Assembly: GCA_031429135.1 (NCBI GenBank)
Contig: JANOYZ010000136.1
Span: 1 to 42,424, forward strand
Direction: 5' to 3'
Source: Novosphingobium sp.
GTDB lineage: Bacteria > Pseudomonadota > Alphaproteobacteria > Sphingomonadales > Sphingomonadaceae
Length of the DNA: 42,424 nucleotides
Shown: positions 19,240 through 30,103 of the stretch, in pieces
How the letters are laid out: the number at the start of each line of letters is the position of its first letter
Position numbering within the stretch: position 1 is the stretch's first letter
Program-made: the position numbers and the translations under genes
Notes under the pieces: model-generated
Databases searched by the model: none
The model's input: the letters and a program-made list of their open reading frames with translations, nothing else
What the model was told of the DNA's origin: nothing

Positions 19240-19743
19240 CTAGCGCAGCTGCGCGCAGCCGATCGCAGCGGCATCCATGGCGGTGGCGGCACCATCCAGT
19301 TTGTAGCTATTCGAAAACCCGCGCCCGCTGGCATCCCGCGCGCTCACTACCATTCCTCCTGCTGATCGCATGGCCGCGACGATGGCGGCGTCCATCCGCT
19401 TGTCTGCCGACCAGGCATCGCCGCCACCACCCACCAGTTCGAAGCGCTGGCCGCCGAGTGACAGCACAATTCTGCTATTGCTGGCGAGGTTGCGCGACAG
19501 GCGGAAATGGACTTGCCCGCGCTCGCCCTTGCCCGGCCATGTGCCGACATCGGCGTAGGGCTGGTGATCGCGTTGCATGGAGGATGGTTCGGCCATGGCG
19601 ATGGCATAGCAGCGCGGCACCTGCGCATCGCGAAAGGCTCCCCAATTGCCATAAATGCCAAGATTATCACGCGCCGATGCCGGGGCGGCTGCGAGCAAGC
19701 AGGCGGCGATCAAGAGCAATCGTTTCGTCACGAGCAGTGTCAT
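19240..19743 (-). CDS. Exported protein, invasion-associated locus B (IalB)-like
   Basis: Signal peptide, [36 protein letters not shown]; position upstream of rlmN as recalled for Alphaproteobacteria. Confidence 0.7.
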   Translation of the reverse strand: MTLLVTKRLLLIAACLLAAAPASARDNLGIYGNWGAFRDAQVPRCYAIAMAEPSSMQRDHQPYADVGTWPGKGERGQVHFRLSRNLASNSRIVLSLGGQRFELVGGGGDAWSADKRMDAAIVAAMRSAGGMVVSARDASGRGFSNSYKLDGAATAMDAAAIGCAQLR

Positions 19744-19777
19744 CGCAGAAGCGCGCAGCGGAGGGAAGAGCAGGTGA

Positions 19778-19981
19778 TCAGCCTTCGATCAGGTCGAGAT
19801 AGGCAACCACATCATTGTCGGTAGCGATGAACAGGCCTTCCTGCTCCTCGGCGCTTTGCTGCGCTGCCAAAGCCAGTGCTTCGGTGAGGGTGCCGTAAAG
19901 CAACGTTGCCGCCGCGCCGCCCTCAGGGCCGTCACTCAGGTGGTAAAGCCGCACCGTGGCGTTATCGAAGGTCGTCCTCAC
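19778..19981 (-). CDS. Small hypothetical protein (67 aa)
   Basis: GTGA overlap with upstream TSUP stop; protein-like acidic composition; fills the gap in a co-directional run. Confidence 0.72.
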   Translation of the reverse strand: MRTTFDNATVRLYHLSDGPEGGAAATLLYGTLTEALALAAQQSAEEQEGLFIATDNDVVAYLDLIEG

Positions 19982-20766
19982 TGGGTGAGCAGCTTGAGGC
20001 CCGCGAAAGTCAGTACCGCTGCCAGAGCTGGCCGCAGGTAGTGATCAGGCGCGCGGGTAGAAAGCAGACTGCCGATGACAACGCCGGGGAGCGAGCCGAT
20101 CAGCAGCGCCAGCAGCAGCGGCAGGTTGACGGCACCAATCAGCCAGTGGCCGGTGCCGGCCACCAGCGCCAGCGGCACGGCATGAGCGATATCGGTGCCG
20201 ACAATGCGCGAGACCGGCAGGCGCGGATAAAGCATCAGCAGCGCGGTCACGCCAATCGCGCCTGCGCCAACCGAGGAGACCGAGACCAGTACGCCAATCA
20301 CCGCGCCGAGCAGTATGGTCGGCACCCGAGCCTGCCGCAGCCGCAGATCATTGTGCTCCCCGGCGAACCTGACCAGCCTCTTCTGGAAAAGAGTGGCGAT
20401 CGCGGTGAGCACCAGCATGACGCCGAGCACCAGCAGGATGACATGTTCGGTCGACTTGCCGATCTTGCCGAAATACTGGATTATGCTGACCGTCACCAAA
20501 GCGGCTGGAATGCTGCCAGTGGCCAGCAAGCGCATGATCCGCCAGTCAACCGTGGCTTTCCAGCCATGGACAGCCGATCCCGCCATCTTGGTCACGGCGG
20601 CGAATAGCAGATCGGTGCCGACTGCGGTCTGAGCGGGCTGGTTGAACAGGAGCACGAGGATAGGGGTCATCAAAGATCCGCCGCCGACCCCGGTCAGGCC
20701 GACGAGTACGCCCACCATGAAACCGGCAAAGGCATGAAGCGAATCAAAGTGCTGGATCAAATCCAT
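19978..20766 (-). CDS. Sulfite exporter TauE/SafE (TSUP) family membrane protein
   Basis: GLTGVGGGSLMTP, AVGTDL, SVGAGA, VGTDIAHAVPL, GSLPG; start ATG 20766. Confidence 0.92.
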   Translation of the reverse strand: MDLIQHFDSLHAFAGFMVGVLVGLTGVGGGSLMTPILVLLFNQPAQTAVGTDLLFAAVTKMAGSAVHGWKATVDWRIMRLLATGSIPAALVTVSIIQYFGKIGKSTEHVILLVLGVMLVLTAIATLFQKRLVRFAGEHNDLRLRQARVPTILLGAVIGVLVSVSSVGAGAIGVTALLMLYPRLPVSRIVGTDIAHAVPLALVAGTGHWLIGAVNLPLLLALLIGSLPGVVIGSLLSTRAPDHYLRPALAAVLTFAGLKLLTQ

Positions 20767-20939
20767 GCCCGTCCTATCCCCCAAATGTCGCAGTGCGCAT
20801 AGCAGGGGATTTTGCGCTGATCCTCACCTGCTGCTTGCCCCTGCTGCTTGCTGTCGCCGGTCAGCCGCTATCGGGCAAAATCTCTATCAAAAAACCAGAC
20901 ATTCTTTCGAGGGGTGAAGTTTGGCTTGTCAGGCAAGGT

Positions 20940-21425
20940 TCAGCCCTTCGGATAAGTAATCTCCAGCAGTTCCCATTCCTTCTCGCCGCCGGGGAGTCTG
21001 ACGCGCCGCAGATCGCCCGCCACAGCCCCGCGCAGAGCCTGCGCCAGTGGTGCGCTCCAGCCGATCAGGCCGCTGGAGGCATCCTGCTCGTCATCGCCGA
21101 CCAGTGTCAGTTTGCGCTGATTGTCGTCCTCATCGGCGATGGTGACGGTGGCACCGAACCACACGCGGGCCTTGTCGGTCTGAGCTGATGGATCGATAAC
21201 CCGCAGCAGCTTCATGCGCTTGGCAAGGAAGTTCAGCTCGCGATCAATCTCGCGCATGCGCTTGCGGCCATAAATGTAATCGCCGTTTTCACTGCGATCA
21301 CCATTGCCCGCCGCCCAGGAAACAACCTCGACAATCGCCGGTCGTTCTGTGCCAAGCAGATGGTCATAGCGCGCCCGCAGCTTGGCGATGCCAGCGGGGG
21401 TAATAGGCGGGCCGTCGGGCTTCAT
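20940..21425 (-). CDS. greB: Transcription elongation factor GreB
   Basis: ITPAG, VSWAAGNGDRSENGDYIYGRKRMREIDR, WFGATV, WSAPLAQAL. Confidence 0.95.
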   Translation of the reverse strand: MKPDGPPITPAGIAKLRARYDHLLGTERPAIVEVVSWAAGNGDRSENGDYIYGRKRMREIDRELNFLAKRMKLLRVIDPSAQTDKARVWFGATVTIADEDDNQRKLTLVGDDEQDASSGLIGWSAPLAQALRGAVAGDLRRVRLPGGEKEWELLEITYPKG

Positions 21426-21436
21426 CGCATCAGGCC

Positions 21437-23551
21437 TTAGCCCGGATCGCGCTTGCCCAGGAAGTGGCTCATCGGGTTGGCCCCGCGATAGGTCGCCTTG
21501 TCGGGGTTCATCGCTTCATAGACCACGACGTTTTCCATCACCCGCTGCACATAGCCACGCGTTTCGCTGAGCGGGATGCGCTCGATCCAGTCGATCCAGG
21601 CAATGCCGCCACTGCGCGGATCACCATTGGCGCGCAGCCACTTGTTCACATTGCCGGGGCCGGCATTATAGGCGGCGATGGCCAGTGGGTAGGAGCCGCC
21701 AAAATAGCTCAGCATCGACTGGATATAATTGTCACCCAGCCGCAGGTTATAGCCCGCATCGTTCATCAGCGATCCAGGTTCATAGGAAAGCCCCACCTTG
21801 CGCGCCACTTCACGCGCGGTTCCGGGCATCAGCTGCATCAGGCCGCGCGCGCCGGCGTGGCTTACTGCATTCATCGCGAACTGGCTTTCCTGACGGCTGA
21901 TCGCATGGACCATCGTCCAGTGCGACCCCTGCGGCACCGGGATCAGCGGGAAGGAGATGGACTGAAAGTCGTACAGACCATCAGTCTCAGCGGCTTGGCC
22001 CAGAATCACGCCAAGATCGCGGCGGCCCAGTTCGCGCGCCAGATCGGCAACGAGGAGATGATCTGCCGGGGTCTGCGCCTGATCGGCAATCTCGCGGAAA
22101 AAGCGGATTGCGGTTGGCCAGTCGCTCTCTCTGGCAACTTCGCGGACAGCACTGGTGATCGGCATGGCCAGAAAGGCTCTGCGCTGATCGCTAGTTGGCG
22201 GCACGGCAGCAGGGCGTGCGGCGAAGGGCGGAATGGGCAGTCCCAGCTTTTCGAGCGCGAGTAGGCCATAAAACTGCGCAGGGTAAGCAGCGGCGGCGGA
22301 GAAATAGCCTTGGGCTGCGGCAGTATCGCCAGCCTGCGCAGCCGCCCTGCCTGCCCAGTAGAAGCCTTTGGAACGGGTCTGCGGCGTGCGTGCAGCAGCA
22401 CCATAACGCCAGAACAACGGCGCTGCAGCGCCCGCATCGCCCAGCTGCCACAGCGAGCGCAGTCCGCCCAACCACATCAGCGAAGTGTAATTATCGCGCA
22501 GACCGAACGACAGCCGGCTGATGTCGGTTCCAGGCATAAAGCCATCGTCGATTTTCGAGGCGATGCGCACTACCGTTGCCGCATCGGCATCCCTGGCGGC
22601 GGCAAGTTGCAGATCGACCCATTTCTCCTGATCGAACGGCAGGGTGGCCAGCGGTGGACGGTTGGCGAGGAGACCGGCAGCGGCATAGTTCTGTCCGATC
22701 CGCCGCAGTTGACGGGCGCGGTTATATAGCCAGCCCGAATCGGCGCTGGCACCAGCCGGAGTGATCAGTGTAGTATCATCCGGATTGTTGCCGCGCATGG
22801 CATTGAGGCGCGAAGCGAACAGGTCGCGCGTTGCCGGTTAGATGTTGAAGAACTGCCGCTCGGCCTGAGCAGTCATGCCTGACCACAGCAGCGCATCCAT
22901 CCGCGCATCCTGATCGGCAGGGCTAGTCTGTCCTGCAAGCATTGCCCCGAGAACAACCTCTGCGGCGTCGCTCATCGGACCGCCGCGCCAGGCGGCCAGA
23001 GCTTGCGTCTGCGCATCGCGGCGTCCCAGCGCAGAGAGTGCCGCAGCATATTGCGCCCGCGCCGAATTGGTCAGCGGCGGATTGCGATCAAAGAAGGCGA
23101 CCAGCCGCGAAGGCTCGGCGTTTTCGCGCTCCAACGCCTTTTCGGCATTGCGGCGCAGCTTGTCCTCACCGGGGAAACCGGGGTTGCTGAGGATGAAACC
23201 CGAGTATTCGGAGAAGGACGAGCTGTCATATTTGCTCAGCAGCTTCCAGCGCTCGATTGTCTGCGCCATGGCAGTGGCACCGCTCATCCTCAGTCGGGCA
23301 CGCGCCTGATCCCATTCGCCGCCGCCGCCGATCATCGGCACGATAAGCGGGGCGGCAGGCAGCGGACTGGCAGTCAGCGGCGCACCAGCGGCAGGAGTGA
23401 CTGGCGCGCCGCTGCCAGTATATCCCGGAGGCAGCGGCTGCACGACGGGATACGACACAGACTGCGCCACCACCGGCGCGCTGATGACGAGCGAAAGCGT
23501 CAGGCAAAGGGCCAGGTGCCAGATAGAACGATGACTCACCATACTGGACAT
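21437..23551 (-). pseudogene. Slt70-like soluble lytic transglycosylase interrupted by one in-frame TAA (22838-22840)
   Basis: Track ORFs 22838..23611 and 21437..22798 are in the same frame; reading through gives QFFNI*PATRDLFASRLNAMRGNN; signal peptide in 5' part, SLT motifs RQES, GARGLMQL, AAYNAGPG, ETRGYV in 3' part. Confidence 0.85.
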
Positions 23552-23653
23552 TTTGGCCAAAGGCTCCTTATCAGGCGCTGAACAACCAAGCCCAAATGGC
23601 CCGGTCCGCACACGAACCGACGCACTCTTGGGCCAAATGACAGGAATTTGTCC

Positions 23654-24538
23654 ATGTTCTCCGGTTCGATTCCGGCTCTGGTGACTCCTTTTCGCGACGG
23701 AGCGTTTGACGAGAAGGCGTTTCGCAAGCTTGTTGACTGGCAGATTGACAGCGGCTCATCGGCGCTGGTGCCGTGCGGCACCACGGGTGAAAACTCGACC
23801 CTGTCCAACGCCGAGCATCACCGGGTGATCGAAGTCTGCGTCGAACAGGCGGCGGGGCGCGTCCCGATCATCGCCGGCTGCGGCAGCAATGATACGATGA
23901 ACGCGCTGCTGCACATGAACTTTTCCAAGAAGTGCGGCGCACAGGCGGCGCTGCTGGTCGCGCCTTATTACAACCGGCCCAGTCAGGCGGGGCTGCTCGC
24001 GCATTTTTCCTACCTTGCCGAACACAATGACCTGCCGATCATCCTCTACAATGTGCCTGGACGCACGGTGACCGACCTCAAGCCCGAGACGGTCTGCGAA
24101 CTCGCGCGCCGCTTCCCCAAGCAAGTAGTCGGGATCAAGGACGCGAGCGGCGATCTTTCCCGCGTCACCGATCACCGCATGGGTATTTCATCGCCTTTCG
24201 CCCAGCTTTCGGGCGATGATGAACTGGCGCTGCCGTTCAACGCGGCGGGCGGCGTCGGCTGCATCTCGGTGACCGCCAATGTCGCGCCGAAACTCTGCGC
24301 CGAATTCCAGCTTGCCTGCAAGGACAATGATCTCAAGAAAGCGCGCGATCTCAACGACAAGCTCTATCCGCTGCACTACGCCATGTTCGCCGATGCCTCA
24401 CCCGGACCAGTGAAATATGCGCTGGCGCGGACGCAGGACTGGTTCAACGAGGAACTGCGCCTGCCGCTGGTCATCTGCGGTGATGCGGTGCGCGCGCAGG
24501 TTGATGCGGCGCTGGTCCACGCGGGGCTGCTGGGATGA
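23654..24538 (+). CDS. dapA: 4-hydroxy-tetrahydrodipicolinate synthase
   Basis: ALVTPF, GTTGE, PYYNRP, LYNVPGRT, GIKDASG, SGDD, ISVTAN. Confidence 0.97.
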   Translation: MFSGSIPALVTPFRDGAFDEKAFRKLVDWQIDSGSSALVPCGTTGENSTLSNAEHHRVIEVCVEQAAGRVPIIAGCGSNDTMNALLHMNFSKKCGAQAALLVAPYYNRPSQAGLLAHFSYLAEHNDLPIILYNVPGRTVTDLKPETVCELARRFPKQVVGIKDASGDLSRVTDHRMGISSPFAQLSGDDELALPFNAAGGVGCISVTANVAPKLCAEFQLACKDNDLKKARDLNDKLYPLHYAMFADASPGPVKYALARTQDWFNEELRLPLVICGDAVRAQVDAALVHAGLLG

Positions 24539-24632
24539 TAAGGCGGCTCTGTGCCTGTCCTCGTGACAGGTCTGCTCTACACTGCTAACGGCCCGGCTGC
24601 GCAACCGCGCCGCACTCGTTAGCAAAGATGCC

Positions 24633-26450
24633 ATGACTGACCTTGCCAAGATCCGTAACTTTTCCATCATCGCCCATATTGATCACGGCAAGTCAACCCT
24701 GGCTGACCGGCTGATCCAGCACACCGGCGGGCTGACCGAGCGTGAGATGTCCGCACAAGTCCTTGATAACATGGATATCGAGAAAGAGCGCGGGATCACC
24801 ATCAAGGCGCAGACGGTGCGCCTTTCCTACACCGCAAACGATGGCAAGACCTATCAGCTCAACCTGATGGACACCCCCGGCCACGTCGATTTCGCCTATG
24901 AGGTCTCGCGCAGCCTCGCCGCCTGCGAGGGCGCTCTGCTCGTGGTGGACGCGGCGCAGGGCGTCGAAGCCCAGACGCTCGCCAATGTCTACCAGTCGAT
25001 CGAGCACGATCATGAGATCGTCCCCGTCATCAACAAGATCGATCTCCCCGCCGCCGAGCCCGAAAAAGTCCGCGCCGAGATCGAGGAAATCATCGGCCTC
25101 GATGCCTCGAACGCTGTGCTCACCAGTGCCAAATCGGGCATCGGCATCGCCGAAGTGCTCGAAGCCGTGGTCACCCGCATCCCGCCGCCCAAGGGTGATC
25201 GCACCGCACCGCTCACCGCCATGCTGGTCGATTCATGGTACGATCAGTATCTCGGTGTCGTCATTCTCGTGCGCGTGATCGATGGCGTGATCCGCAAAGG
25301 CCTGAGCGTCAAATTCATGGCCGGCGGCACCGAACACCTGATTGACCGCGTCGGCTGCATGAACCCCAAGCTCGAAATTCTCGACGAGCTCGGCCCCGGC
25401 GAAATCGGCATCATCACCGCGCAGATCAAGGAAGTCGCCCAGGCCCGCGTCGGCGATACCATCACCACGGTCAAACACGGTGCCACCAAGGCGCTCCCCG
25501 GCTTCAAGGAAGTCCAGCCGGTGGTGTTCTGCGGGTTGTTTCCGGTCGATGCCGCAGACTTTGAAAAGTTGCGCGAATCGATCTCGCGCCTGCGCCTCAA
25601 CGATGCCAGCTTCACCTTCGAAATGGAAAGCTCCGCCGCGCTCGGTTTTGGCTTCCGCTGCGGTTTCCTCGGGCTGCTGCACCTTGAGATCATTCAGGAA
25701 CGCCTCACCCGCGAATATGATCTCGATCTCATCACCACCGCGCCATCAGTGGTCTATCGCATCCAGCTGCGCAAATCGAAGACCGATGATGCCAGCGAGA
25801 TCATGCTCCACAACCCGGCGGATTACCCCGATCCCAGCCGCATCGAACAGATCGACGAGCCGTGGATCAAGGCGGTGATCTACACGCCTGATGAATACCT
25901 CGGCTCGATCCTCAAGCTGTGCCAGGACCGGCGCGGCGTGCAGACTGATCTGACCTATGTCGGCGGCCGCGCGCAGGTGAGCTATGAACTGCCGCTCAAC
26001 GAAGTCGTGTTCGATTTCTATGACCGGCTCAAAAGCATCAGTCGCGGCTATGCCAGCTTCGATTATGAACAGATCGGCCTGCGCGAAGGCGATCTCGTCA
26101 AGATGACGATCATGGTCAACAGCGAAGTTGTCGATGCGCTCAGCATGATCGTCCACCGCGGCGTGGCGGAAGAACGCGGGCGGCATATGTGCGAACGCCT
26201 CAAAGACCTGATCCCCCGCCACCTGTTCAAGATCCCGGTGCAAGCGGCGATCGGCGGCAAAGTAATCGCCCGCGAAACCATCGCCGCGATGCGCAAGGAC
26301 GTGACCGCCAAATGCTATGGCGGCGACATCAGCCGCAAGAAAAAGCTGCTCGAAAAGCAGAAGAAGGGCAAGGCCCGGATGCGCGAATATGGCAATGTCA
26401 GCATTCCGCAGGAGGCGTTTATTGCCGCGCTGCGGATGGGGGAGGAGTAA
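24633..26450 (+). CDS. lepA: Translation elongation factor 4
   Basis: [60 protein letters not shown]. Confidence 0.99.
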   Translation: MTDLAKIRNFSIIAHIDHGKSTLADRLIQHTGGLTEREMSAQVLDNMDIEKERGITIKAQTVRLSYTANDGKTYQLNLMDTPGHVDFAYEVSRSLAACEGALLVVDAAQGVEAQTLANVYQSIEHDHEIVPVINKIDLPAAEPEKVRAEIEEIIGLDASNAVLTSAKSGIGIAEVLEAVVTRIPPPKGDRTAPLTAMLVDSWYDQYLGVVILVRVIDGVIRKGLSVKFMAGGTEHLIDRVGCMNPKLEILDELGPGEIGIITAQIKEVAQARVGDTITTVKHGATKALPGFKEVQPVVFCGLFPVDAADFEKLRESISRLRLNDASFTFEMESSAALGFGFRCGFLGLLHLEIIQERLTREYDLDLITTAPSVVYRIQLRKSKTDDASEIMLHNPADYPDPSRIEQIDEPWIKAVIYTPDEYLGSILKLCQDRRGVQTDLTYVGGRAQVSYELPLNEVVFDFYDRLKSISRGYASFDYEQIGLREGDLVKMTIMVNSEVVDALSMIVHRGVAEERGRHMCERLKDLIPRHLFKIPVQAAIGGKVIARETIAAMRKDVTAKCYGGDISRKKKLLEKQKKGKARMREYGNVSIPQEAFIAALRMGEE

Positions 26451-26460
26451 AGCAACTGGT

Positions 26461-26805
26461 TCAGTCGGCGAGATTCCATATCTTGCGCCAGTTGACCGCG
26501 ACCTGATCGACCGGCGCGCCCAGCCGGTCAAGCTCGGCCTTGAATTCGGCCATGATCCGGTCGCCTTCGCCGTTTTTCAGCCACTCCGCCCAGTAGGGAT
26601 AGAGGCCGGTATTATAGACCAGATCCTCGCGATCCCATGGCAGGGTCTGCGCCGCGCGCGCCTGGCCCAGCACCTCCAGCATTAATACGCGGATCGTATC
26701 GGCGGTGTGCTTGATCGGGCCGCGCGAAACCGGCGCTTCGGCCATCGCCAGTTCGTCCTTCTGGGGAACATGCCCGAACAGATCATCCATGTCGTGCTTT
26801 GCCAT
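26461..26805 (-). CDS. Hypothetical protein (114 aa) downstream of the RM gene
   Basis: ATG 33 bp after RM stop, same strand; protein-like helical, Trp-rich sequence (LPWDRED, YPYWAEWL); DDLFG near N-terminus. Confidence 0.75.
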   Translation of the reverse strand: MAKHDMDDLFGHVPQKDELAMAEAPVSRGPIKHTADTIRVLMLEVLGQARAAQTLPWDREDLVYNTGLYPYWAEWLKNGEGDRIMAEFKAELDRLGAPVDQVAVNWRKIWNLAD

Positions 26806-26838
26806 GTGTAGAGCAATAGCGCGTGAATGCCTGCGCGA

Positions 26839-29800
26839 TCAATCCGGTGCCGCGCTATCGAGCAACTTTTCGACAAGTTCGTCGATCTTGCCGGCGATTC
26901 CGGCAGTGATCAGCGAATCGCGAATGCGCTTGCGAGCGCGTTGGAATTTCTCGCCTTCGATCAGTTCGACTCCCGCAGCGGCAGCTTCGGCGCGGGCACC
27001 AGCCTCGGCGATGTCGCGGTGAAGTTTGGTTTTGGTGTTGAATTTGGGGATGGGGAGGTTGAATATGACTTTGTCGAAGTCGCGTGCCCCGAACTGGCCA
27101 CGCGATTGAAAGCGTTCTGCGCGCTGCCGTGCCGCTTCGCTATTCAGAATCGCTGCCAAAAATTGAGCTTCGCCTTCACTTGTCGCCTTGGTCCAATATA
27201 GTTTGTGTTCAATGACTTCATGGCTATTTCTAAGAATCATAGCTGCTGGGAGCGTCCCAGATGCGGCATACACGACTCTAATTTGCCCAACGGGGAACTG
27301 GCTGGACAACTGCCCTATATAATCGAGCTGTTCAACGAATTGGCGCTTACCTTTTCCGTGTAAATTCCAAATATTCTCGGCCTGCCCCATCCAATTCGCA
27401 AGATGAGAATGACCATAATTGGCTGCTGATGAGGCATTCAAAACCATGCCGCCGGATGTGACCGGAATCACGCCTTCAAACGATTGGAAAAGACAATATG
27501 GTAAAATCGATTCGCCAAGCAAAATTGGATGGATGAATTCGGATTCTACGTTTCCCTCCATGCCTTGAAGGTCCTTCCAAGGCATTTTCTCTTGGGCAGT
27601 TCGTCGGCTCAAAACAAGCGGAGAAAGCGGATTTGTACCAAGTTTACCTGACGATTTACGCTCCACAAACACAAGAACTCTGGGGACCAGAATCGCCCCC
27701 TGCCTGAAAGCCTTGCGATACGGAGACCCCCCCTCACTTTGGGCCGTCGCCAGCGCGGGTGCGTCATTGGTAACCGTCAAATGCAAATCGGCCATCACCT
27801 CAGGCGCATCTCGCATCGGCAGCGATCCCGAATAGGCGCGGACGGTATGGGGCATCGGCTGGGCAATGGCCCGCTTTCGGCCAAATACTGCGCAGGCGGG
27901 AACTGGAAACAATGGCACTACACTGTCATCCATCGTCCATGCTTCATCCCATGCGATGTTGCTGGCGGTGAAACTGCCGGTTCTGAAATTCTCGAACTGA
28001 CCTCTGGTCAAGGCTGCCAATGGCAAGACGAAACCCAGCTTGCCAGATGGCCGCAGATAAAGGCTGGCTGAGCGCACGGTAAAAAGCGCGCAGAGATCAT
28101 TGTGCGAAGGGGTGCGCGCCACAAAAACCTTGGCTTCCCTCGCCAATTCCTTGAACCGCTTCTGCAGATCATCGCTCATATGGCGGTATGCCACCCATGG
28201 CGGATTGCCGACCACGACATGCGCCCAGCCGTTCCGTGTGGTCAGCGAGAGCGGGCGCGACAGGTTGCGGGCGACATAGGCCCAGATCGTGTCGCGGCCT
28301 TCGCGCCGCAGCCGGTCAAACAGTTGATAAGTTACGCCGATATCGCGGATCGCGCGCAAATGTTCCTCGTCGATGCCTTCGGCGCGTTTGCCGCTGGCGC
28401 GCTCGATCTGGGTCATCGGCCGTTCGAGCAGATGGCGATCAATGATCGGCTCCAGTGAAGCCTCGACCTGTTCACGGCTCAGCCCTTGCAGGCTGGCGGT
28501 GCGCATCCGTTCGATCACCTTGTCGAACAGGCCCGGATCGCGGCACAGCGTTTCTGGGAACGAGAGCACTTCCACGCCGGGCCGGGGGGCCAGCGGATCG
28601 GCCCCGGCTGGCGGTGGGGGAACGCGGATTTCCAGCCGTTTTTCGGTCAGCGTCTGGGCAATACCCAGCTGCATCGCGTCCCCCAGATAGACCGGAATGG
28701 ACAGTGCGCCGCCGCGCCGCGCCAGCGCCGGGGCCAGCGCGAGCAGGAAAGTGACCCGGGCGATGATCACCGCCACCGGGTGAATATCCATGCCGGTAAC
28801 CCGCTGGGTCGCCTGCTCCGCCCAATCGCCGGGTGGCAGCCCAGCATCCTCGGCCTCGGCCAGCACATGGCGCACCGCATGAAACAGGAAAGTGCCTGAT
28901 CCGCAGGCGGGATCGAGCACGTTCTGTTCAAGCGGGCGGTCCACGCAATGGCGCACCACCTTGGCTGCCAGCCAGTCAGGCGTGTAATATTCGCCCAGCC
29001 CGTGGCGCTCACTGGCGTCGATCAGGCTTTCATAGAGGATTTTGAGGACATCACTTTCCACCTCTTTCAGGCGGAAGCGGCGGACGTGGGCCATGATCTT
29101 GCCGACCAGCGCCACGCCTGCAGGCGTGGCGACCATCCAGTCAAAGAAATCACTTTCAACAGCGCCGGTAATGCCCGCAGATGCAAACGCCTCGCCAGAC
29201 AGCATACGTCTGGGATCATCCTCGCGCAGGTCCATCACCGCCAGCGCAATACATTTTGCCACGATTACCAGGTAGCTGTGACGATACCACAGCGCCATAT
29301 CCTCGATCTCGCGCCCATAGACCAGCTTGAGCATATCAGCCCAGAGCTGACGTTTGAGTGCTTCGGCTGGGTGATCGGCAACTTCGCCCCATAGCCGGCG
29401 CAATTCGCTGTCCACCCGCTTGAAGGCGATAGAATCGGGGCCGAGTTCGGCGCGGATAGTCAGGCCATCAGGTGGAAGCGAACCGCGGATAGCGACAACG
29501 CCATCAAGCCAGGCAAGGAAAGTTTCGCCCTGATCGGGGTCGAGTATGGTTTCCTTGAGTGTGACCAGCGCTCCGCCGGACATTTCATAGACAATCCAGC
29601 GCCTGCCATCGGAGGCTATGCCGACGAACGGTTCGCCATGCTCGCGTTCGCAATCGGCCAGATAATCCGGCATACGCCGCAGAACGTCGGGCAGTTCGCG
29701 ATCCAGATCGCGCTTTGCCTCGAACACAGTTCGTCCGATCAGCGCATCAAGCCTGCCGCAAATTTCCGGTTGGCGCTTCTCGAAGTGCAGCGATGATCGG

Positions 29801-29913
29801 TCAGCACCAAACTCTTCGATCAGCAACTGGCCGAAATAGGATTTTACCTCATCATGTCCCGGTTTACGGGCAAGTATCCGAAGCAGATCGATGGTTGAAT
29901 CAGACAGTTCCAT
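26839..29913 (-). CDS. Fused restriction-modification enzyme, Type IIG-like (nuclease + N6-adenine methyltransferase + target recognition region), about 1024 aa
   Basis: N-terminal GRLDALIGRTVFEAKR (PD-(D/E)xK-like), GEYYTP, motif I VLDPACGSGTFL, motif IV VVGNPPW in gamma order, LGFVLP, C-terminal AAILNS...LPIPKF; start ATG 29913. Confidence 0.88.
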   Translation of the reverse strand: MELSDSTIDLLRILARKPGHDEVKSYFGQLLIEEFGADRSSLHFEKRQPEICGRLDALIGRTVFEAKRDLDRELPDVLRRMPDYLADCEREHGEPFVGIASDGRRWIVYEMSGGALVTLKETILDPDQGETFLAWLDGVVAIRGSLPPDGLTIRAELGPDSIAFKRVDSELRRLWGEVADHPAEALKRQLWADMLKLVYGREIEDMALWYRHSYLVIVAKCIALAVMDLREDDPRRMLSGEAFASAGITGAVESDFFDWMVATPAGVALVGKIMAHVRRFRLKEVESDVLKILYESLIDASERHGLGEYYTPDWLAAKVVRHCVDRPLEQNVLDPACGSGTFLFHAVRHVLAEAEDAGLPPGDWAEQATQRVTGMDIHPVAVIIARVTFLLALAPALARRGGALSIPVYLGDAMQLGIAQTLTEKRLEIRVPPPPAGADPLAPRPGVEVLSFPETLCRDPGLFDKVIERMRTASLQGLSREQVEASLEPIIDRHLLERPMTQIERASGKRAEGIDEEHLRAIRDIGVTYQLFDRLRREGRDTIWAYVARNLSRPLSLTTRNGWAHVVVGNPPWVAYRHMSDDLQKRFKELAREAKVFVARTPSHNDLCALFTVRSASLYLRPSGKLGFVLPLAALTRGQFENFRTGSFTASNIAWDEAWTMDDSVVPLFPVPACAVFGRKRAIAQPMPHTVRAYSGSLPMRDAPEVMADLHLTVTNDAPALATAQSEGGSPYRKAFRQGAILVPRVLVFVERKSSGKLGTNPLSPLVLSRRTAQEKMPWKDLQGMEGNVESEFIHPILLGESILPYCLFQSFEGVIPVTSGGMVLNASSAANYGHSHLANWMGQAENIWNLHGKGKRQFVEQLDYIGQLSSQFPVGQIRVVYAASGTLPAAMILRNSHEVIEHKLYWTKATSEGEAQFLAAILNSEAARQRAERFQSRGQFGARDFDKVIFNLPIPKFNTKTKLHRDIAEAGARAEAAAAGVELIEGEKFQRARKRIRDSLITAGIAGKIDELVEKLLDSAAPD

Positions 29914-30103
29914 GGCCGTGCTTTGCCAGAAGGTTACACCCGGCGTAAAGCTCCTAACCCCCAATCCTCCCCGCATTCACATGCGCCATCCAATCGCGCG
30001 CGGCCTGCGCTTCGGGCCGCATTCGCCGCTCTCGACCTTGCGGCGGGCGGAATCGGCGTAGGTGCGCCCAATGCGATCAAGGTGTTGACTGCCGTGCTGC
30101 GGA

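Noticed and set aside
22798-22840. Programmed frameshift or Sec/Pyl recoding in the lytic transglycosylase
   Set aside because: Both halves are in the same frame, and the stop is TAA rather than TGA or TAG
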